Source: Callorhinchus milii (taxonomy: Eukaryota). From it: a DNA stretch of 64,000 nucleotides. Below the pieces are notes generated by a model that saw only the letters and a program-made list of their open reading frames with translations, ran no database searches and was not told the DNA's origin. Below are positions 63,270 to 64,000 of the stretch, in pieces (within the stretch, counting starts at the first letter, position 1; every line of letters begins with the position of its first letter). Position numbers and translations under genes: made by a program. The stretch lies in NCBI RefSeq assembly GCF_018977255.1, contig NW_024704744.1, positions 87,854,001 through 87,918,000 on the forward strand, given 5' to 3'.

Positions 63270-64000
63270 TGTACAAAAACCAAGTGAATATTTTTGATGC
63301 ATGAATAGAAGCCGAAACTGCCACCACATTTTATGTTGCATTAATTCCTGTTGACAGAATGATTTTAGCTTGCCTTTGCTCTTTGCTTTTTTTTTAGTGC
63401 GTTTTGTGTTCTGGTATTTAAATACTTCATTCAGATAGTAACTTGTAGACAATTTATATTTTGGAAAATAATCCATTACAGACATAAAAATCTCTGATGA
63501 GTAAATATTTGCAGGAAGTTATACTACTTGAAGCAAATACAAGGTTAGATACCATCCCAGGTTAAGATTGGTTTGCTTGTAGTGATGGTTTACTGTGAAC
63601 CCACCCTTTATTGTACGTGTGGCTTCTGCCACTGAATTCCAAGCTTCCTTCTCCCTCCAAAATTCCACTTTCCAGGTTATTAGGTTGCCGCCAGCGTTGT
63701 GTCCTGCATGCATGCACATTATATCTAGGAAGTGCCGCTGTTGTTTCTTACACATAATACACAGGAAGGGACTTAAGTGGCACTTATTGCACAGAGTGTA
63801 TATGCCGCAATGTGCAAGAAGTAATGTTGGCAGCAACCCATAATCAGCCATTGTTTTCACACTTTTTAATGTGGGTATTATGAACCCTAATTACTGCTTT
63901 ATAGTGGGGCTGCCATATAAAACTATTGAAAATAGAACATAAAGAAATCCAGTTGGGAATGTACACTTAATATAAATACTTGTGTTTTCATTCAGTACCT

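Noticed and set aside
1-64000. CRISPR arrays, operons or other prokaryotic systems; a named host gene; the ZRS enhancer; GRIA/GRIK editing hairpins
   Set aside because: The sequence is vertebrate repeat-rich non-coding DNA, and none of the remembered diagnostic sequences were found

Overview
AT-rich vertebrate genomic DNA, most likely from a cartilaginous fish, judged from the SacSINE1/DeuSINE-type SINEs and the L2, CR1 and Penelope-type remnants. It reads as a very large intron or gene desert. I cannot support any host protein-coding gene, and nearly all listed ORFs are chance or transposon-derived. The recognisable content is: one 5'-truncated L2 LINE with a frameshifted RT (17873-19252) plus other L2 and CR1 fragments; more than 20 tRNA-derived SINE copies with L2-type tails in two related families (a full Deu-domain SINE and a shorter CORE-like/Deu hybrid); older SINE relics; a Tc1/mariner fossil nested in a CR1; an unclassified ~0.7 kb repeat in 5 copies; and an assembly gap. 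The most interesting signals not explained by repeats are nucleic-acid structures in apparently unique sequence: a 32/33-bp inverted repeat spanning 1 kb with a single A-C mismatch, a compact two-stem pseudoknot, several near-perfect hairpins, some well-formed orphan exon-like units, and enhancer/promoter-like motif clusters. Family names come from remembered consensus sequences, not from a database search, and boundaries of decayed repeats are approximate.
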